NCBI RefSeq assembly: GCF_009914755.1 | Contig: NC_060933.1 | Source: the human T2T-CHM13v2.0 reference genome, Homo sapiens | Length of the DNA: 64,000 bases | Strand: one strand, 5' to 3' | Shown: in pieces, positions 24,465-63,200 of the stretch | Layout of the letters: each line of letters starts with the position of its first letter | Numbering within the stretch: position 1 is the stretch's first letter | Translations under genes and position numbers: made by a program | The notes under the pieces: generated by a model | The model's database searches: none | Told to the model about the DNA's origin: nothing | What the model saw: only the letters and a program-made list of their open reading frames with translations

Positions 24465-26541
24465 TTAATAGAAGGCCTCACTATTACTTAATTCTGCGTC
24501 AAGAGACAAGTTTTCTTCTTTGGGCAAAGGTTGATATTTATGCAGAGCCGTCAGCTGAGTGGTAGTTTGCCTAGCTACTATTGCCTCTATAGCTGATTGA
24601 ATGCTTCTAGCAAGGAGAGGTAAGAGACAAAGGAGTATTAGGCAACTTCCTAGTACAGCCAGAACTACTGCTATTAAAGTCTTGAACCCTCTGAAAAATG
24701 AAAACCAGTCTCCAAAGAGAGAATCTGGAGACCACCCTTTCCAAGTTTGAACTGGAACATGGGCGAATTTTCTCATTCTTGCAGTTATTCCTATAATTGC
24801 CTTTCCATTGTCATCAATTTCCAGGCAGCAATTAGTTCGATTGAACTTTCCACATCCTCCTCCTTCCTGGGCGAGGAGGCAGTCTAAAGCTAATCTATTT
24901 TGATAGATAGCATTCCTCATTTTTGTAGATTGCTGGGCTAATAGATCTAAAGCCCTTGCTGTTTAATTAGTGATGATCTCAAGCACTATCTATAACCTCA
25001 TGATGCAGTTAAGCATGTAAATAGGAGACCAGTAACCCCATGAGCCATCGTCCCCCACCAGGTAGCTGGCCCATAGTAGTGAATTATTCTCTCAGGGGGC
25101 CATTCATCATCTTTCCAGTCCCCTATGGCTGTGTCTTTCTTTACGCTCCTTCTATATCTTTCTCTCTTCTCATCATAGACAGGATACTCTAAGGCTTCTC
25201 CTTGTCTTAGAGGGATTAAGAAGAAAGACGGCCTAATTGTTCCAAGTACACAGGCCCCTGTCCATTTGGCTGGTAGCTGTCGGTAGGCCCGTGGCCCACA
25301 GATCCGATAGAGACCAGAGGGTGCTTGCCAGGTATTTGGAGCTTCAAGCTGATACCAGGTGTGGTTTAGAGCAGAGAAACGGGAGAATGGATTTGGATGA
25401 GGTGGTTTGGGACTATCTTTGCCGCGCCATAAAGTTTTTCCTAATTTTTTAACATGTTTCTGTTCCAAACATGTTAATTCCCCTACTGGGTCTGTAGAAG
25501 TTTTTCCCTAGCAAGCAATACAGTATTTCCCGATAATAGAAGTTTTTAAGAGCCAGACGCTTGAACTTGTGGGAGTCAGTTTGCAGGAAGGGTCAGTCAG
25601 AGTAAAGTTATTTTGAGGCATTAACTCTTTTGCTTCCCAAGGCCATTGGTCTCCCATGTTTGTCCCTCCACAAACATAACATGAGGAGATGCCTAGGCTG
25701 CCAGCAATGTTTTCAGCCATCTGAGCAAATAGGTTTTTGGCTAAAGGGGGAGGCTCGGCAACTTTTGATTTATGTGCTCATAGAATGACTTAAAGACTCG
25801 GAATTGCTGCTGGGATGACTTCTTGGTTTGAGTCCTCTTTATGATATATAAATTTACTTTAGCTTTTTGACTGCTGCTTTGTAATGCCATGGAGTAACCT
25901 GTAGTCCATATAGGTAGATCCGGCTCTAAGATAGTAAGATTTACAGGATTGCAAGTGCTTGTCTTACAGTCCGGTTTTGCTGGCGCTTTGATGAGCAAGA
26001 TTGGCTTTAGCCTCAGTGATGATCGGTCAGTGAACTGTGTTGTGCGGTTCCAGCAAGCTATTGCTAGGGCCTTGGAGGGGCAAACAGGGTATGCACATAC
26101 AATTTTGTACTGGCAGTTTGTACAGTACCCTGTAGGACCAGAGATTGTGAGATAGGTTGGGTTCACGGATGTTAACTGACAAATATCAAAGTATATGGCT
26201 ATAGCCCCCCCTGGGGGGTAGAGGCTTGGCTTTGATTTATAAGACTTCCTTTCTTTGACTCAGTATGAACCTCAAACCAAGTCCTAGGTAAAGACTTAGA
26301 AGGTCATAGCATATATAAGGCTGGCCATTTCCTGGGTCACAAATTGAATAGGTGATCCGATTGTAAGTACAAGTTCCTAGGTGAGTCCCTGTACACTCCT
26401 AATAAGTATAGAATAATAGAGTCCTAGTTATACTGTTTCCTGACCCTGTAGTGTGTGTACAATGGGGACACTTTCTAAGGGTACTTATTTTAACATGGTC
26501 AAGGGGGGTGATAACAGCAAAACAATGTACAGCGTATTCAT
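24465..26541 (-). pseudogene. ERV env pseudogene (ERV3-like), multiple stops and frameshifts
   Basis: Starts MNTLYIVLLLSPPLTMLK* (stop at codon 19). Fragments lie in different frames at 26399-26590, 25741-26166, 25508-25720, 24998-25468 and 24465-24920. Confidence 0.88.
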
Positions 26542-26660
26542 ATCCAGCAAGGACAGAAGAGGGCCTTGCCTGGGGGAGGAGATTGAGCACAGCAACGGAA
26601 CAATAGTAAAACAGTTAGTATTATAAGGAAGACTACTAGTCCTAAGATTTCTAACCACAT
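26538..26660 (-). CDS. Putative 40-aa single-pass membrane microprotein ORF between pol and env (MWLEILGLVVFLIILTVLLLFRCCAQSPPPGKALFCPCWI*)
   Basis: Hand translation of the minus strand; intact from ATG to TGA. The stop overlaps the env ATG (ATGA). No expression evidence. Confidence 0.4.
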   Translation of the reverse strand: MWLEILGLVVFLIILTVLLLFRCCAQSPPPGKALFCPCWI

Positions 26661-28209
26661 TTACTTGCTTGACGAGTCCTCAAGCTTCGGCCGTGCGTAG
26701 ACTAGTCAGCTTCGGGTGTGTGACTAGAGCGGGGCTTGTCTCCTTAAGCTTCAGCCGTGCGTTGACTGGTCAGCCTCACGAGTGACCAGAGCAGGGTGAT
26801 CGTCCTCAGCAGCAGCTTGTTGTCTTCTCAGGATCAGCTGGGTTGGATGATCTGTGTCCTGCTGGCTGGTCCACTCGTCCTGAGCTGCCGGTTTCAGCCG
26901 ACTGTGGTGGATCCAAGACATAACACCTGCAACTTTAACAGCAACGGGAGTGGACAAGATGACAGTACAGGGCCCACCCCATATGGGTCCTAGAGAAGTT
27001 GGATTCCACTTTTTAACCCAAACAGAGTCTCCAGATTTAAAGGGGCACACTGGTCTATCAGGCTTACAGGCATCCTTTCTTGTACCCAGCCATGGACCTC
27101 TTGCATGGCTATTCCTAAAGCCTGCATTTGCTTTCTTAAGGTTAATTCCTCTAGTTCCTGGAGATCACCTTTAATTTGACCTATGATTTGGGGTTGGCCA
27201 ACTGAACAAAACCTCATAGGGTAAATACTCAGTTTGTTTGGTGGGGGTGCACCTGTCTCGGAGGAGGACCATAGGCAAAACCTGAACTTATCTCAGATGA
27301 GCTTCCTGGCAATATTTCTTCAGTAGCTGCTTGAGTGTCCACTTCATGCGTTCCACTTTTCCTCAACTATGCAGCCAATAGGCTGTGTGTAACTTCCATT
27401 TTATTTTTAACAGTCTTGTTAAATCTCGTACTATTTCAGCTACAAATGCCGGCCCATTGTCTGACTGTAAAGATAGAGGCAGTCCAAACCTGGGGATAAT
27501 ATCTTTTAACAGTACTTTAGTCATTTGTCGTGCTTTTTCTGTCCTGGTGGGGAAAGCTTCAACCTATCCTGAAAAAGATGCAAATAAACACTAGAATATA
27601 CCGATAGCTTCTGGCACGGGGCATTTCGTTTAAGTCTATAAGGAAGTTTTCACAAGGCATGGCTCCTTCTCCTGTTCTGTTTCCCAGAGGAGGGGTTCCT
27701 TTTCTCCTCTTTTTGTAACTTCATATAATAGCTCAGCCATCAGCGAGAAATCTGGAATCCAGATACGGCAGAATCCTGCTGCCTTCAACTTCTAATGTGA
27801 CCACAGACTCCTGGAGGCCCAGTGAGAAGGAGCCCGGTCTGTCCTAGTCCTCACATCCTTCAGCTCCTGCCAGCCCAATCAGATTAGTATCTGGTTCCTC
27901 TAAGGTATGGCAGCCCTTGGCCAATGGCCTCTTTGTCTCACGGCCTTGGCCATTTCCCTCATTGCCTTCTGGACATTCATCCTTCCAGTGCCCCTTTTTT
28001 TTTTTTTTTTTTTTTTTTTTTACATCTCTCACATTGATCCCTCTCTAGCCTTGGTCAGCTCTTAAATCCTTGTCTAACTTGACCTCTTCCACGTCCACAT
28101 CTGCGTCCACATCCTCTCACATGGCTAATTTCTCTTTCTATAAGGGCTGCTGCCAACAGATCCGCCTTTTTCTTAAGCCTTTCATCTGCTTCCTTTTCCC
28201 TTCCTTAGT

Positions 28210-28448
28210 TCTCCTGCTCCTGCAGTCGGCTGGCAGGGCTGGGCAAGGACAAACCTGAATATAAAATTCAGTGTGTCTGCTGCCCACCAGTCCTTTATGC
28301 TTGGAGAAGAGAGAGATGTTTCTCTTTTTCCTCTCTTCTATCTATTAAACCTCCGCTCCTAAAGTCCTCGTGTTTGTCCCTGTCCTAAATTTTCCTGGTG
28401 CATGACGACAAACCCCGGGTATGTAGACCAGACAATGTAGCCGCTTCA
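28210..28448 (+). mobile_element. 3' half of a different ERV1 LTR (MER51/MER61-group-like)
   Basis: TATAAAA, ATTAAACCTCCGCTCC, and a ...CCAGACAATGTAGCCGCTTCA terminus. Confidence 0.65.
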
Positions 28449-28740
28449 AGGGATTTGAGTGAGGAAGGAATGAATCAATGGAGCCCAGGGGGGTTTTAGA
28501 GCATTCAAACTATTCAGGATGATACTATGGGGACCAAGGGAGAGCTTTCCCCTTCTCCCTCTGAAGGACCACTGAAAAATCACTGACAGATTGTCTCATA
28601 GGAGAAAAGCATACATATTTGTTTAATGCGTATACACGGGAGCCTTTGAAATGGAGACCCAACTTCTCAACAGAGTACAGAGCTTAGATACCATCTTGAG
28701 GTTCCACAAAGAATGTGGGCTCAGAGCATGGCCAAAACTA

Positions 28741-29045
<305 letters not shown>

Positions 29046-30541
29046 CCTAAATCTGTGGACTCTGGGTGATTATGACATGTCAATGTAGGTTCATAAAGTA
29101 TAACAGCTGTACCCCCTGGTGGGGGATGTTGATAATGGGGGAGACTGGGTTGGGGCGAGGACATACGGGAAATCTCTGTAACCTTCTTCTAATTTTGCTG
29201 TGAACCTAAATCTGCTCTAAAAATGTATATATATAAAAAGTGGGGCCTTCCTTTCCCTCTCCCCTGCCCCAGCCCTCTCCCCCACCTCCTTCCTCTCCCT
29301 GCTGCCTCCCCTCTGCCCTCCCCTTTCCTCCTTAGCCACTGTAAATGACACTGCAGTGAATATCCTGGAGCACAAAGGGCATGTCTCCCAGTTCAGAATT
29401 ACCTCCTTTATTTAGGGCAGGTTCTCAGAACTAGAGTAGCCGGGCAAAGGTCTGAGGCAAATGCCTTTGCCCTGGGGCGCCCCAGCCACCTGCAGGCCCC
29501 TTATTTCCTGTGGCCGAGCTCCTCCTCCCACCCTCCAGTCCTTTCCCCAGCCTCCCTCGCCCACTAGGCCTCCTGAATTGCTGGGCACCGGCTGTGGTCG
29601 ACAGACAGAGGGACAGACGTGGCTCTGCAGGTCCACTCGGTCCCTGGCACCGGCCTCAGGGGTGGCAGAACGGGAGTGTGGTTGGTGTGGGAAGCACAGG
29701 CTCCAGTGTCTCCTGGGGGACTGTTGGGTGGGAAGGCTCTGGCTGCCCTCACCCTGTTCCCATCACTGCAGAGGGCTGTGCGGTGGCTGGAGCTGCCACC
29801 GAGCGTCTCGGTGAGGGTGACCTCACGCTGGCTGAGCTTACAGGCCCCATCTGAAGACTTTGTTCGTGGTGTTCTTTCACTTCTCAGAGCCTTTCCTGGC
29901 TCCAGGATTAATACCTGTTCACAGAAAATACGAGTGGCCTCCTCTTCCTCCACAACCTCACAGGACCTTCTCCCTTCCCTCCCGCTGGCCTCCTTTTCTC
30001 TCCTGTCACTCTGCCTGGGCATGCCCCAGGGCCTTGGCTGTGTCCTTTCTTTCCTCAGGGAAGACCACAAGTTTGGGCTAGATGCCTCCGCACCCCCCCA
30101 CCCACACCCCCTGAGCCTCTAGTCCTCCCTCCCAGGATGCATCAGGCTGGATGGTGACATCTCCCCACCCTTGAATGAGACGGCTTTGTGCTGCTCTGGG
30201 ACCCGCACCCAGCTTGGACTGCTTGCTCCATGGCCCCAGGAAAAGCTCGTACAGATAAGGTCAGCCACTTGGGTGGGGGGCCCACAGCATGTCACCCTCT
30301 CTGTCCCAGAAGTCACGTGCTTGGTCCCCTGTGAAGCCCCTCTGGGGACCTAGGGGACAGGCAGGGCATGGAGACAAAGTATGCCCTTTTCTCTGACAGT
30401 GACACCAAGCCCTGTGAACAAACCAGAAGGCAGGGCACTGTGCACCCTGCCCGGCCCCACCATCCCCCTTACCACCCGCCACCTTGCCACCTGCCTCTGC
30501 TCCCAGGTAAGTGGTAACCTGCACAGGTGCACTGTGGGTTT

Positions 30542-30640
30542 TGGGAAAACTGGATCTCCCTGCACCTGAGGGTGTAGAGGGGAGGGAGTGCCTGAGAGCT
30601 CATGAACAAGCATGTGACCTTGGATCCAGCTCCATAAATA
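30542..30640 (+). promoter_or_regulatory. CELP: CELP promoter: intact TC-box/E-box pair, NR5A2 site and CATAAATA
   Basis: Near-identical to CEL 10017-10115. Confidence 0.65.
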
Positions 30641-30674
30641 CCCGAGGCCCAGAGGGAGGGCCACCCAGAGGCTG

Positions 30675-35497
<4,823 letters not shown>

Positions 35498-37092
35498 ACC
35501 TCATTCCCCTGTCTGGCGTCTTTGCTCTCAAGGCTAAGCTGCAGGAAGGAGTGGACCTCAGTTACCCTTACAGCACCAGGTGGGGGCCCAACCTGTGACC
35601 CCATCACCTGGCACAATCCCCAGGCTCTGGGGCGTTGATGGTGCCATCCTCACTTTCGAGTGGAGGAGGTGGGCCCAGGGAAGTTGATTGGCAGGCCCAG
35701 GAGTGGGAGTCAGGCACAGGTCACTCCAGAGCCTGCCCTTCCCTGAATGGAACCAGGCTGCTGGCTCCCAGGGGCTAGATTCTGTCCCAGATGGTGGGAG
35801 GGGCTGGTGGCAGCTGCAGTCAGAGAGGGAGCTGGGGTCTGGCAGGCTGTGGCTGCCTCTGGACTAGGGGATCCCAGCCACACCCACATCCTCTGGGTGC
35901 AGGGAGTGAAGTCTGTGTTCTAACTGGGGTCTGGGGAACCCGCCTGGGAAAAGAAAGGGATTCTGCTCCTCCAGCCGGATGCAAGTGGAAGAAAGAATAA
36001 CACATCACACCAGAAGGTTGGAAGCAGAGGATGGGGAGGGTGCTGGGCAGTAGGCGCTGGGTGGTGGGCCTCTGGGGGGTGCCCAATGGCTCTGGCAGAG
36101 TTGACGGGGCAGGGGCAGAGGGCAGAAGGCAGAGTCAGGAGTACTCCTGCCTCTGCTGGGTCTAAGCCCAGGCACATCACTGAGCACTTGACCAGCCTGA
36201 CCTCACCATGGCCTTGTGAGGTGGGTATGGTGTACACCCTCCTTTTAGACGTTTATAGATATTTAGAGGAAAATGAGGCCCTGACAGGGCATCACGTGCC
36301 CAAGGTCACTCAGAGCAAGGATTTGAACCCAGGTCCCTGACTCCAAAGCCAGTGCTTGGAACAACGTTGGGGGTCTTCTTCCCCACTCCTCACCTACCTT
36401 CTAAACAGGCACTGTGGGGCAGGGTGGGGCTTAGATGAGAGAAAATTCTGGAATCCTGAGCAACTTTGCCTGGGGGGCTCCGCGGTGGAGGGCAGAAGCA
36501 CCCAAGGACCAGCTAGCCACTCTCTCTGCCCCTCCAGCCTACAGGTGGGAGGATAAGGCTCAGGGCCGACAAGTCCTGTGGCCTCATGCAGCAGAGCTGA
36601 GCCGGGACGAACCCTGTCCCCTGGAGAAGCAGGGGACACCCTGGCTGGCTGTGACCACTTTGGCCACCCTGGGCTTCCTGGGTTGGTCAAGGGGTCTCTG
36701 GTGTAAAAAGGGGACTCCCTGTCAAAGACTGAGTGAGATGGAGCTGCCCGGCAATGTGGGCCTCTCCCAGTGACTGTCCCTGTTCTCTTGGGCAACGGAA
36801 GCCCGAGGATACAATGATGTGTCCCTTCCTTGGCCACACTGGTACCCACAGGGATTATTGTGTTTCTACCTGTGGAGTCAGCTCTCAGGCGCCTCCAGCA
36901 CTGTGGGAGAAACCCCTGGGACCCCAGTGCCTCTTCCCAACCCTTGGGACTGGCACCCGTCTCTTGTTGAGAGAAAGCACAGTCATGTCTGTCATTCAGA
37001 AAATCACATCCCTGGATGGCCAAGCCACGTCAGAAGGGATGGGCTGTGGGGATCCAAGCGTGTTCTACCTCTGGGCTGCACCCGCCATCCCT

Positions 37093-38365
<1,273 letters not shown>

Positions 38366-39744
38366 GCCTCCATGGCACAGGTGAGCCCTGCAGTGTGTCT
38401 GGGTGATGCCTGCAGCTGTCGAGAAGGAGGAGACAGCTCAGAGTCACCTGCAATCTGGCTCTTGCCATTACAGACTCCAGATGATGAAGTTGAAAATACT
38501 GACAGGCTGGAGGCCATCTGGGGTCCTGCTGGCTCCCAGTTCCAGGAAGCCTGGAAGAGCACTGGGGTGAGCTCGGGCCAGCGCATGTTTACTGTCACAG
38601 GGGACATGTTTCAGCACTTTCATTGTAAGGCTGTGGCCTTCTGTGCTTGTGGATCCTCAGTCTCAGTGGCCTTCCTCTTCCCCCCACCCCAACTCCTGTG
38701 TTGCGTGTTTAACACACCTACCCCCAACCGGGACATAACTAAATCCTAGACTGTGGACAAAGAATACAGTCACCTCGGGGGCTGCGAGCTCTAAAGGCTC
38801 AGGGCCCAGCTACCCCTTTAGGATGGGTCAGTAACAACACGACTGACTCTGTAAATTGGTGATCACCTGAGACTGGACCTCAGCACCACACGGACCTGTG
38901 CTTCACCTTGGCCATCGGGGGAGAGTATGGAGGTCTTTTGCTGGCAGGAATCAGCACCCTTATCCTGGCAATCAGCACTCACTGGCCATTCATGAGGCTC
39001 CAGCAGGACGAGTGGCCACAGTGTGCAGGGCACAGGGGATGGGGCTTTCCAAGGTGTTTCTGGATGACATCAATCACACAAGGAGTTGTAGGAATGCTGG
39101 CGTCCTGGTTCACGGGTAGACGCTAGAGGATGCCAAGGGTGCTGGGTAGAAAGCAGAGGATGCCAAGGGTGCTGGGTGGTGGGCCCCTTGGGGGTGCCCA
39201 ATGGCTCTGGCAGAGTTGTTGGGGCAGAGTCGGGACCACCCCCACCTCTTCCGGGTCCAAGCCCAGGCACTGCACTGAGCACTTGATGAGCCTGACCTCA
39301 CCATGGCCTTGTGACGTGGGCACTGTGGGCAGGAATGCTTATGGAATGAGGCCCACTGTAACCCTAACACAGCATCACAAGTCTTTCCCCAGAGAGAAAA
39401 CGCACAGGCAATGGAAATCTATGGTTAGGAACAAAGATTCCCGTCTAAGAAAAAGGGTGGACCACGGGCCTCTAGAAGGGACTGAGGGGGCAAAGTCCTG
39501 CCCGTGCACTGGCTAACACTCTTCCTTTAGCTTTTTCCCCCCACTTTCCATATTGTACATTTTATCTGTTTATAATTTTTCTTAGTGCTGACTAAATTCC
39601 AGAGTTAGACCTTGAAATCCACAAGTTCCTAATTGGTGGTCAACAGAAACCTCAGCAAGACAAGCAGAAAATGCTCCTCTTCCCCTAAAGCTGTAGAAAG
39701 GCAGCCACCAACCTGGGCTAGGAAATGGTCCTTACAGATACTAT

Positions 39745-45232
<5,488 letters not shown>

Positions 45233-45249
45233 TTTGTCACAAATGTTAC

Positions 45250-45549
45250 TTTATTATTATTATTTTTTGAGACAGAGTCTCACACTGTTGCCCGGGCTGG
45301 AGGACAGTGGCGTGATCTCGGCTCCCTGCAACCTCCGCCTCCCAGGTTCAAGCGATTCTCTTGCGTCAGCCTCCCGAATAGCTGGGATTAAAGGTGCCTG
45401 GCACCATGCCTGGCTAATTTTTTTTATTTTTAGTAGAGATGGGGTTTCACCATGTTAGCCAGGATGGTCTCGATCTCCTGACCTCATGATCCACCTGCCT
45501 TGGCCTCCCAAAGTGCTGGGATTACAGGCATGAGCCACCACGCCTGGCC
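45250..45549 (-). mobile_element. Alu
   Basis: Antisense Alu consensus. Confidence 0.9.
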
Positions 45550-45886
45550 ACAAATGTTACTTTTAAAGACAGCTAAATTTCAGAAATTCTTGCTATGCCT
45601 TGTGAAAGTACCTCCAAACTCTAGTCCCAGGAGTTCTGAGGGCTGTCTCAGCACATTTCCCAGTTTAATGGTGCCAAAAGGAACATCTGCTGTATGAAAG
45701 GTAAACTTTTGTGTTTCCTTCAGTGTGCTGAGAAGAGTGGCTGGCTTTTCCTGTGCATAAAATAACTGGATAACCCTGCAAGGGTCCTTACTTAAACACG
45801 GAATGTGAGAGTCTCTATCTCATTTTAATTAAGACAGGTAATGAAAGAACAAAACTGTAATGACCAGGGTATAGTAGAAACAGGAT

Positions 45887-45892
45887 TTTAAT
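45887..45892 (-). terminator. RALGDS poly(A) signal (ATTAAA on the minus strand)
   Basis: TTTAAT on + at the end of an AU-rich 3' UTR, about 850 nt after the stop. Confidence 0.7.
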
Positions 45893-46736
45893 ATAATATT
45901 CAAGTCTAGCATTTGCTATTTACAACAAATAAATATTGCCCCTCCCCAATCAGTAAACAAACATTTTTTTTTTCTTTTTGCTTTTTATACAAATATTCAA
46001 TCACCCCACCCCCACCCCAAATCCTCCTTCCTCACTAACCCCCGTCTTGCATGGTCTCGTAAAGCCCAGGACGCAGTGGTGAATGGCACTTGCAGTGGCA
46101 TGAGATTCAACATCGATGGGACTCAGCTGGGACTGTCCTCACTCACCGGGTGCAGAGTCTGGTCCATGAAGAGGGTTTCTCTCTCTGCTCCCAGGGGAGG
46201 GCTGGGGTAAGCGGTGGGTGAGACTCCCTCACTCTCAGTTGGCCCTGATGATGGAATCTTTGGTGCAGCCTGAGAAAGGCTAGAGTGGTGGGAGGGGCCG
46301 GGACCCCTGCGAAGGTCACAGGCCAGTGCCTGTGGGCATGAGAGAACTGCAGTGGTCACAGTGGGTGCTCTGGGGTGCCCATGGGCACAGGTGGCAGTGA
46401 CCCACACCTGGGAAGGTGTCAGGGAAGTGTACAGAGGTGGCGCCCGGGGGCAGGCAGGGCACCATGCCATGCCCGTTGGCACTGCTCCTTGGCAAAAGTC
46501 AGCTAGTCCTCTGGTTCCAGAGAGCAGAAGGCACCTAAGGCAGCGAGTGGTCCACGGGAGGCCAGGTCAGCCTGACCAATGGCAGGCGTCAATCCCAGCA
46601 GCGGGAGAGGTTCAGGATGAAACTGGAGTCTGGGGTACCCTGGGCTGGCAGGTGGGAGGAAGGCGCCCAGCTGGCCTGGGCCACTCTGGTCCATAAGTGC
46701 TTGGCTACCAGCCAGCCAGACCCTGGGAGGATGCCC

Positions 46737-60258
<13,522 letters not shown>

Positions 60259-63200
60259 CTGTGAAGACAACGCCCGGCAGCCGGGCGCGGGGACGTCAAG
60301 GGCCTGCCTGGCCACCGTGCAGGGGATGCACCTGTGTAACCTGTTTCCCAGATAGGGCACAGACTGGCGGCTGCACAGACCTACAGCCTGGGGTGGAATG
60401 AGATCACAGCTCGAGAGCCACTGTCCCGGCACTCCACTTCCCCAACCCGGCCAGCCACGACCTGGGACGTGATTATGATGAGTCCACCAGGCTTCCAATC
60501 CCCTAGTAACTGGCTTCTGCTCCTGCCCAGGACAGACCCACCCTCAAGCCATCCCCTTCCACACAGGGGACTGTTATTCAGCCATTGCACAGATGGGTAA
60601 ATGGAGGCTGAGAGAGGAACAACTGGTCCAAGGTCATGCTGCCTCGGGTAAGTGGTGAGGCAGGGACCCCAGGGCTCTGACACGGCTGACTGCATCCAGG
60701 CGGCTATGCCCCAAGAGAAGGTCCCCCTACCTCCCCAGGGCCAGAGGCCCATGGGCATCCTCACACTCACCCCTCCTCTACCCAGCCTGGGGGGCCCTGG
60801 CTGACCTAGCAGGAACGCACAGCTCCTCTGGGCCCAGCCCTGGTGCGTTGGCAGCCCAGGTCTGGGCAGGTGTGGGGCACCCCAGACAGCCACATCCCAG
60901 CCACTTCCTTCCCCTCTGCTCATTCATGCCCTCGTGCCTGCTTGGGCAATGGGAGTTCCCAGTTCCCTGACCATCATCACGTGAGGGGACGGGTGTGAGA
61001 GGTGACGGTGCTGGTATCCAGGCAGATGCTGGGGTTCCACAGAGCCCTAAACCACAGGCCTAGACTGGAACAGGAAGGGGGCATCTGGCCCCAGGCAGTA
61101 AGGAAAGGCCGTTGTCTTAGGAGACAGACTTCCCCCACCTGGCAGGCTGGCCTAGGTCACTTAGCCACAATTACCCCCGGCCTCACAGCCCCCTATGCCA
61201 CCTGCTCTGTCCAGGGACGGAATGAGCTTGCAGCGGGTAGAGGAGCCGGGGGGTTAAGGACATCAACCTCAGAGGTTAGGAAGGAGCTAAGAGGTACTGG
61301 CCTGGCCCAGGGTCATTAACCGCCCAGTCAGTGCCCCAGCCCAGGTAGGCGTGGAGCTCAGAGAAGGCCTGGCAGACAGTGCTGACTCAGGCCCTTCCCT
61401 CAACCCCAGCAGGAGCCAGGTAGACTGTCCAGCATGCTGTGGACGGGACCCTGGCCTCCTGCCTCCTGCGCACCCTCAGAGGCCCAGGAGCCATCCTGGA
61501 AGTCCACTTCCTCCGACCTGAGGTCGCCTCCCACGCTGGGCTTTGTACAACAGGAAAGCTGCGGGCATTGTGCCGGGCTCCTGACCGCCACCGCCTCTGG
61601 ACAGAGAGCCAGCCCCATTTCTTGGAAGTTAGCAGGGAACCCACAGGCACACTCACACCCACACCCCACAAACAGCCCCGCCAGGGGAGGTCTGGCCCTT
61701 CCACTGACAGGAAAAGAGACATACGCTCACCCCCCTTTTCCTGACTCACACATCTCTCCCCTGCCTAGAAAGTTGTTCCTTTGAAAAGAAAAGCATTAGA
61801 GGTTACAGCGACCAGGGCCCCCAACCACCCGGGCCTCCTCAGGGGTCCCAGACTGCCTCCTGTGAAGGCCGTTGGCTCAGCTGGGAGTCTCTCTCTCTCC
61901 CAGGGATTTTAGCCACATCTGGACCAGCTGGGAGGCAGACAGTATCCTGAGTGTCCAAGTCACCGGCAGTGGCTCTGAGATCTCGTGCAGGACAAGCCCG
62001 CCACAGGGGACTAAACATTAACCCTGGGGGAGCCCAGCACAGCACCCAGGTCCTGGCTGAGCACCATCAGTGCCTGCTGGACAGAGGTGTCCCCAGGCAG
62101 GCCAATCCCCAGGAGGGGCTGAAGCCAGGTGGCCTCGGCTGTCCCTGAGCAGGTCTAGAGAGCGGCTCCTCCGTGAGCTGGCAGGCCAGCAGCTGGCCCA
62201 GCCCTGCTTGGTGTCATGTGATCCCTGCACCCTTCCCCCACCCCCGGGGGGCCCTCTTCTGCCAGCCGGGTGGTGGGGAAGGATGCAGGCCCAACACTGA
62301 GAGCCATGCATGCTTGGGGTAAGGGAGTTGCCACCCTGTCACACAGTCGGGGAGACGCTCTAGCCCGCGTGGAGCTGGCCTGTCTTCTCTGGTCGCTTCC
62401 CGTCACAGCAGCAGCAGGCATGGAACCAGACCATAGAGCTACGTGGAGTACAGGGGCTGTTTAAACCATCTGCTCAGATGGTGGAGGTGCAGGCTCCAGA
62501 GAGAGCTGCCCTGGGGTCTGGGAACAAAGTGGCAGAGTAAGGCCTCTATCCCTTGCCCCCTCACAGGACAGAGAAAGAAAGCAGCCAACAGCCCTGGCAG
62601 CTGCCCCAGAACCCTCTGCAGCAAGAAAGGCAGGGTTCCAGCACCCACAGGCCACCCTAGGTCACTCTGTTAGCAGACAGCCCATCTGGGCAGCGCCTGG
62701 GCCCCAGGGCACTCTGGCCGGGCTGGGAGCTCAGAGCGGGAGGAGCAGGAACGGCCTAGTGAACAGCTGATGCAGAGAAAACGCTTTCCCCTGAGGGCAG
62801 GTGCCCAGGCAGCCGCTATGAGCTGACTGCTAGGAGGAGAAAAGAACACCACGTGCTTGGCTGTGTCCTCAAGGGACACTCCTGTCCCACCCCTAGCAGG
62901 CATGCTGATGTCCCTGGGCTCTGGGACCCAGTCGGCAGCTGTGCCTGTAAACACACTGTCTGGCCTTCTAACATTTGGGTCAGTGCAGTGAGGGTGGCAT
63001 GGGGTCCCCGGTGAGCAGGGGCCCCCACACCCCAATGTCTCCAGGGACACAGCCCAGAGCCCTGAAGATGAGGATGGGAAACAGGGCCTGGTGGTGTCTG
63101 GTGAGTGTGTCACCTGATCAGCCTTCTCAGAGTGACAGGCCAGCAGGATGCCGTGTCCCTGGCTGACAGAAGGAGGAAGCCACAGGCCAAACCCAGACTC

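Larger units (their letters stand above)
23950..28205 (-). mobile_element. Decayed class I ERV of the ERV3/HERV15 (RRHERV-I) group: 3' LTR 23950-24429, env remnant about 24465-26541, integrase remnant about 26750-27650, gag NC remnant about 27840-28205; 5' end and most of pol missing
   Basis: LTR has TG...CA termini, a polypurine tract (24430-24443), TATA and AATAAA. Env TM has the immunosuppressive domain [20 protein letters not shown]6CC, a TM anchor and furin site RERYRR. IN C-terminus GDSVWVK...WGGPCTV...WIHHSRLK; zinc-knuckle half GHWKDECP. Confidence 0.9.

Noticed and set aside
24465-24920. 151-aa Env TM ORF as a co-opted syncytin-like gene
   Set aside because: Lacks signal peptide, SU and fusion peptide in frame; upstream env is multiply disrupted and there is no 5' LTR.
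38930-39122. Minus-strand stretch faintly reminiscent of an RA-domain exon (VIDVIQKHLG...DK..LIP)
   Set aside because: Similarity too weak to support by eye and needs frameshifts; a profile search against RA domains would be required.
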